DNA of 52,576 nucleotides from Malacoraja senta (taxonomy: Eukaryota): contig JAXLNO010000391.1 of the NCBI GenBank assembly GCA_038087875.1, positions 1 to 52,576 on the forward strand, in the 5' to 3' direction. Below are positions 50,558 to 52,576 of the stretch, piece after piece (the first letter of the stretch is position 1; each line of letters opens with the position of its first letter). The translations under genes were made by a program, and so were the position numbers. The notes beneath the pieces are model-generated. The model did not search any database, was not told where the DNA came from, and saw nothing but the letters and a program-made list of their open reading frames with translations.

Positions 50558-52503
50558 TTATTTTTTTGTTTTAATTTTTATTTATTAGAAGTACATTACA
50601 TTACAACCACATACATTAGTACTCGTCACTTATGTCTTCTTACAATTAATGTACTCCATTTATTTTTTACACTAGAAAAAGAAAAGATTGAAAGAAAGAA
50701 GAAAGTGAAGGAAAAAGTGAAAGTGTAGAAAATGTGACAACAAAAAAGGACGAAGACCCTATAAGAGCAAAATTAAAAAACAAAAGAAAAAGAGTTAAGA
50801 AATAGACCCTAGAAAAGAAAGAGAAAGAGAAAGAGGAAAAAGAGAGAAACAAATATTTTTATGAGCATTACGTAAATGGGACATACTCTTCAACTAGCAT
50901 CCCCCCTTACCTGACCTCAATTTTTTTTTAAAGTAAGTACTTTTGCACCCTATATTTGTAATAATTCTATAAATGCAGACCACATCAGGTGGAAGTGATC
51001 TGGTTTACCTGCTAGGAGGAGTCTTATCTCTTCTAGGTGTAATGTTTCGAACATATTTGAAGTCCACATATTTATAGTTGGTATTGGAGCCTTCTTCCAA
51101 AATTTTAGAATTAGCTTTTTTCCAGTTATTAACCCATAGTCCATTAGTTTCTTTTGAAACACATTTAGTTCTGGGCCATCTTCCGTTATTCCGAAGATAA
51201 TCCATTCTGCTTTGGGTATCAGTCTTATTTTAAATAACTTTGTAAAGATTTCAAAAATTTCATTCAAAAATTTTTGAATTTTTGTACAAAAAACGAATGA
51301 GTGCGCTATAGTAGCTTCTTGGGATTGACATTTATCACAAATAGATGATACATTTGGGAAAATTTTATGAATTTTAGTTTTCGAATAATATAATCTATGT
51401 AAAATTTTAAATTGTATTAAAGTGTGTCTTACATTAATCGAACATTTATGCACGTTTAATAAGTGTTCATTCCAACTTTCTTTTGAAATTTTAATAGCTA
51501 ACTCTTGTTCCCAGTCTCTTCTGATACCCTCCGTAGATGGTATTTGTACATTTAAGATAATATTATACAAATATGATATTAAGTTTGCTGATTCAGCTTT
51601 TATCTGCATTGCCTCATCCAATACATCTACTGGGTTATTATAATGATCTTTTGTATATTTTTTCAAATAGTCGCATATTTGAAAATATTTAAAATATTGA
51701 TTATTTCCGAGTTTATATTTTATTTGTAATTGTTGAAATGAAAGTAATTTCCAGTTTCATACAAGTCACCAAGCGTTTTAATTCCTAGTCTATCCCAATG
51801 TGTAAAAGCTTTATCTATAATAGAGGGATTAAACGAAGGGTTATTAACTATAGGTAATAAAAGTGATAAATTTCTTAATTTTAAATTTTGTTTTATTTGT
51901 TTCCAAATTCGGATTGTACTATGAATAATTGGGTTCTTATTATAATTTATGTTATTCAATTTCATTGGAGAAAGGAGGATCGCTCCAATGTTTCCAGAGG
52001 AGCAATCCTCTTTCTCCATTACAATCCAGTCCACTTGCTGGGCGGAGTTATCCATCAGTTGAATCATATTTTTAATATTTACTGACCAATAATAATACAT
52101 AAAGTTAGGTAGTGCTAAACCCCCTAATACTTTAGGTTTATTCAGATGAGTTTTTTGTATTCTATGTGATTTATAGTCCCATATAAAATTTAAAAAACTT
52201 CTTTGGTAAGTATATAGGAATCGATTGAAATAGGTATAAAATTTGTGGTAGAAAGATCATTTTTATTGCGTTTATTCGGCCTATTAAAGACATCGGGAGC
52301 GTTTTCCAGAATTTAATTAGTGTGTTTAATTTATTAAGTAGGGGGTCAAAATTTGCCCTAAACATACCTTGATATGTTCTGGTAATTTCGATTCCCAAGT
52401 ATTTACATTTTTCTGTAGCTATTTTAAAAGGGAATTTTAAAAGATGTGTTGAATCTTTCGGTTTTATTGACATAATTTCACTTTTATTCCAATTTATTCT
52501 ATA
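50558..52503 (-). mobile_element. L1 LINE, 5'-truncated and frameshifted
   Basis: KYLGIEI, GRINAIKMIFLP, CDKC...HSFVFC (CCHC) and A-tail with AATAAA. Confidence 0.93.
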
Positions 52504-52576
52504 TAATAACTCGAGAAATAAAGCATGACATATTCAGATAAGTAGTTTTTCTTGGATCTTGGATCTAGGAAACTTT

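Larger units (their letters stand above)
48157..52576 (-). mobile_element. Second Helitron-like element with nested insertions, running past the window edge
   Basis: Hairpin GGGACCC-AAT-GGGTCCC plus CTAG|T; sequence either side of the L1 (AACATTTTCATTAAT / AACTCGAGAA) matches the first copy at about 47978-48004. Confidence 0.6.

Overview
Eukaryotic, almost entirely transposon-derived DNA. The repeat repertoire (CR1, Rex1/Babar, L1, HE1-type SINEs, Penelope-type hairpins) suggests a cartilaginous fish such as a skate or ray; this is inference. No intact host gene is recognisable. From left to right the window holds: a decayed endogenous retrovirus with a perfect tRNA-Pro primer site and a gag remnant; Harbinger elements; three LTR-bounded Gypsy elements with intact TSDs, one nested in another; a 5.3 kb THAP-bearing P-element-like DNA transposon; two copies of a ~1.04 kb non-autonomous DNA transposon with 7-bp TSDs; Helitron-like elements; and a family of GC-rich non-coding retroelements with Rex1-type tails. 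The most notable signal is the P-like element. It carries a spliced, pseudogenised THAP domain and contains a 25-bp scar of its own termini that keeps exactly 17 nt of one end, as expected from P-transposase excision. Boundaries supported by TSDs or TIRs were counted by hand; other boundaries are approximate.
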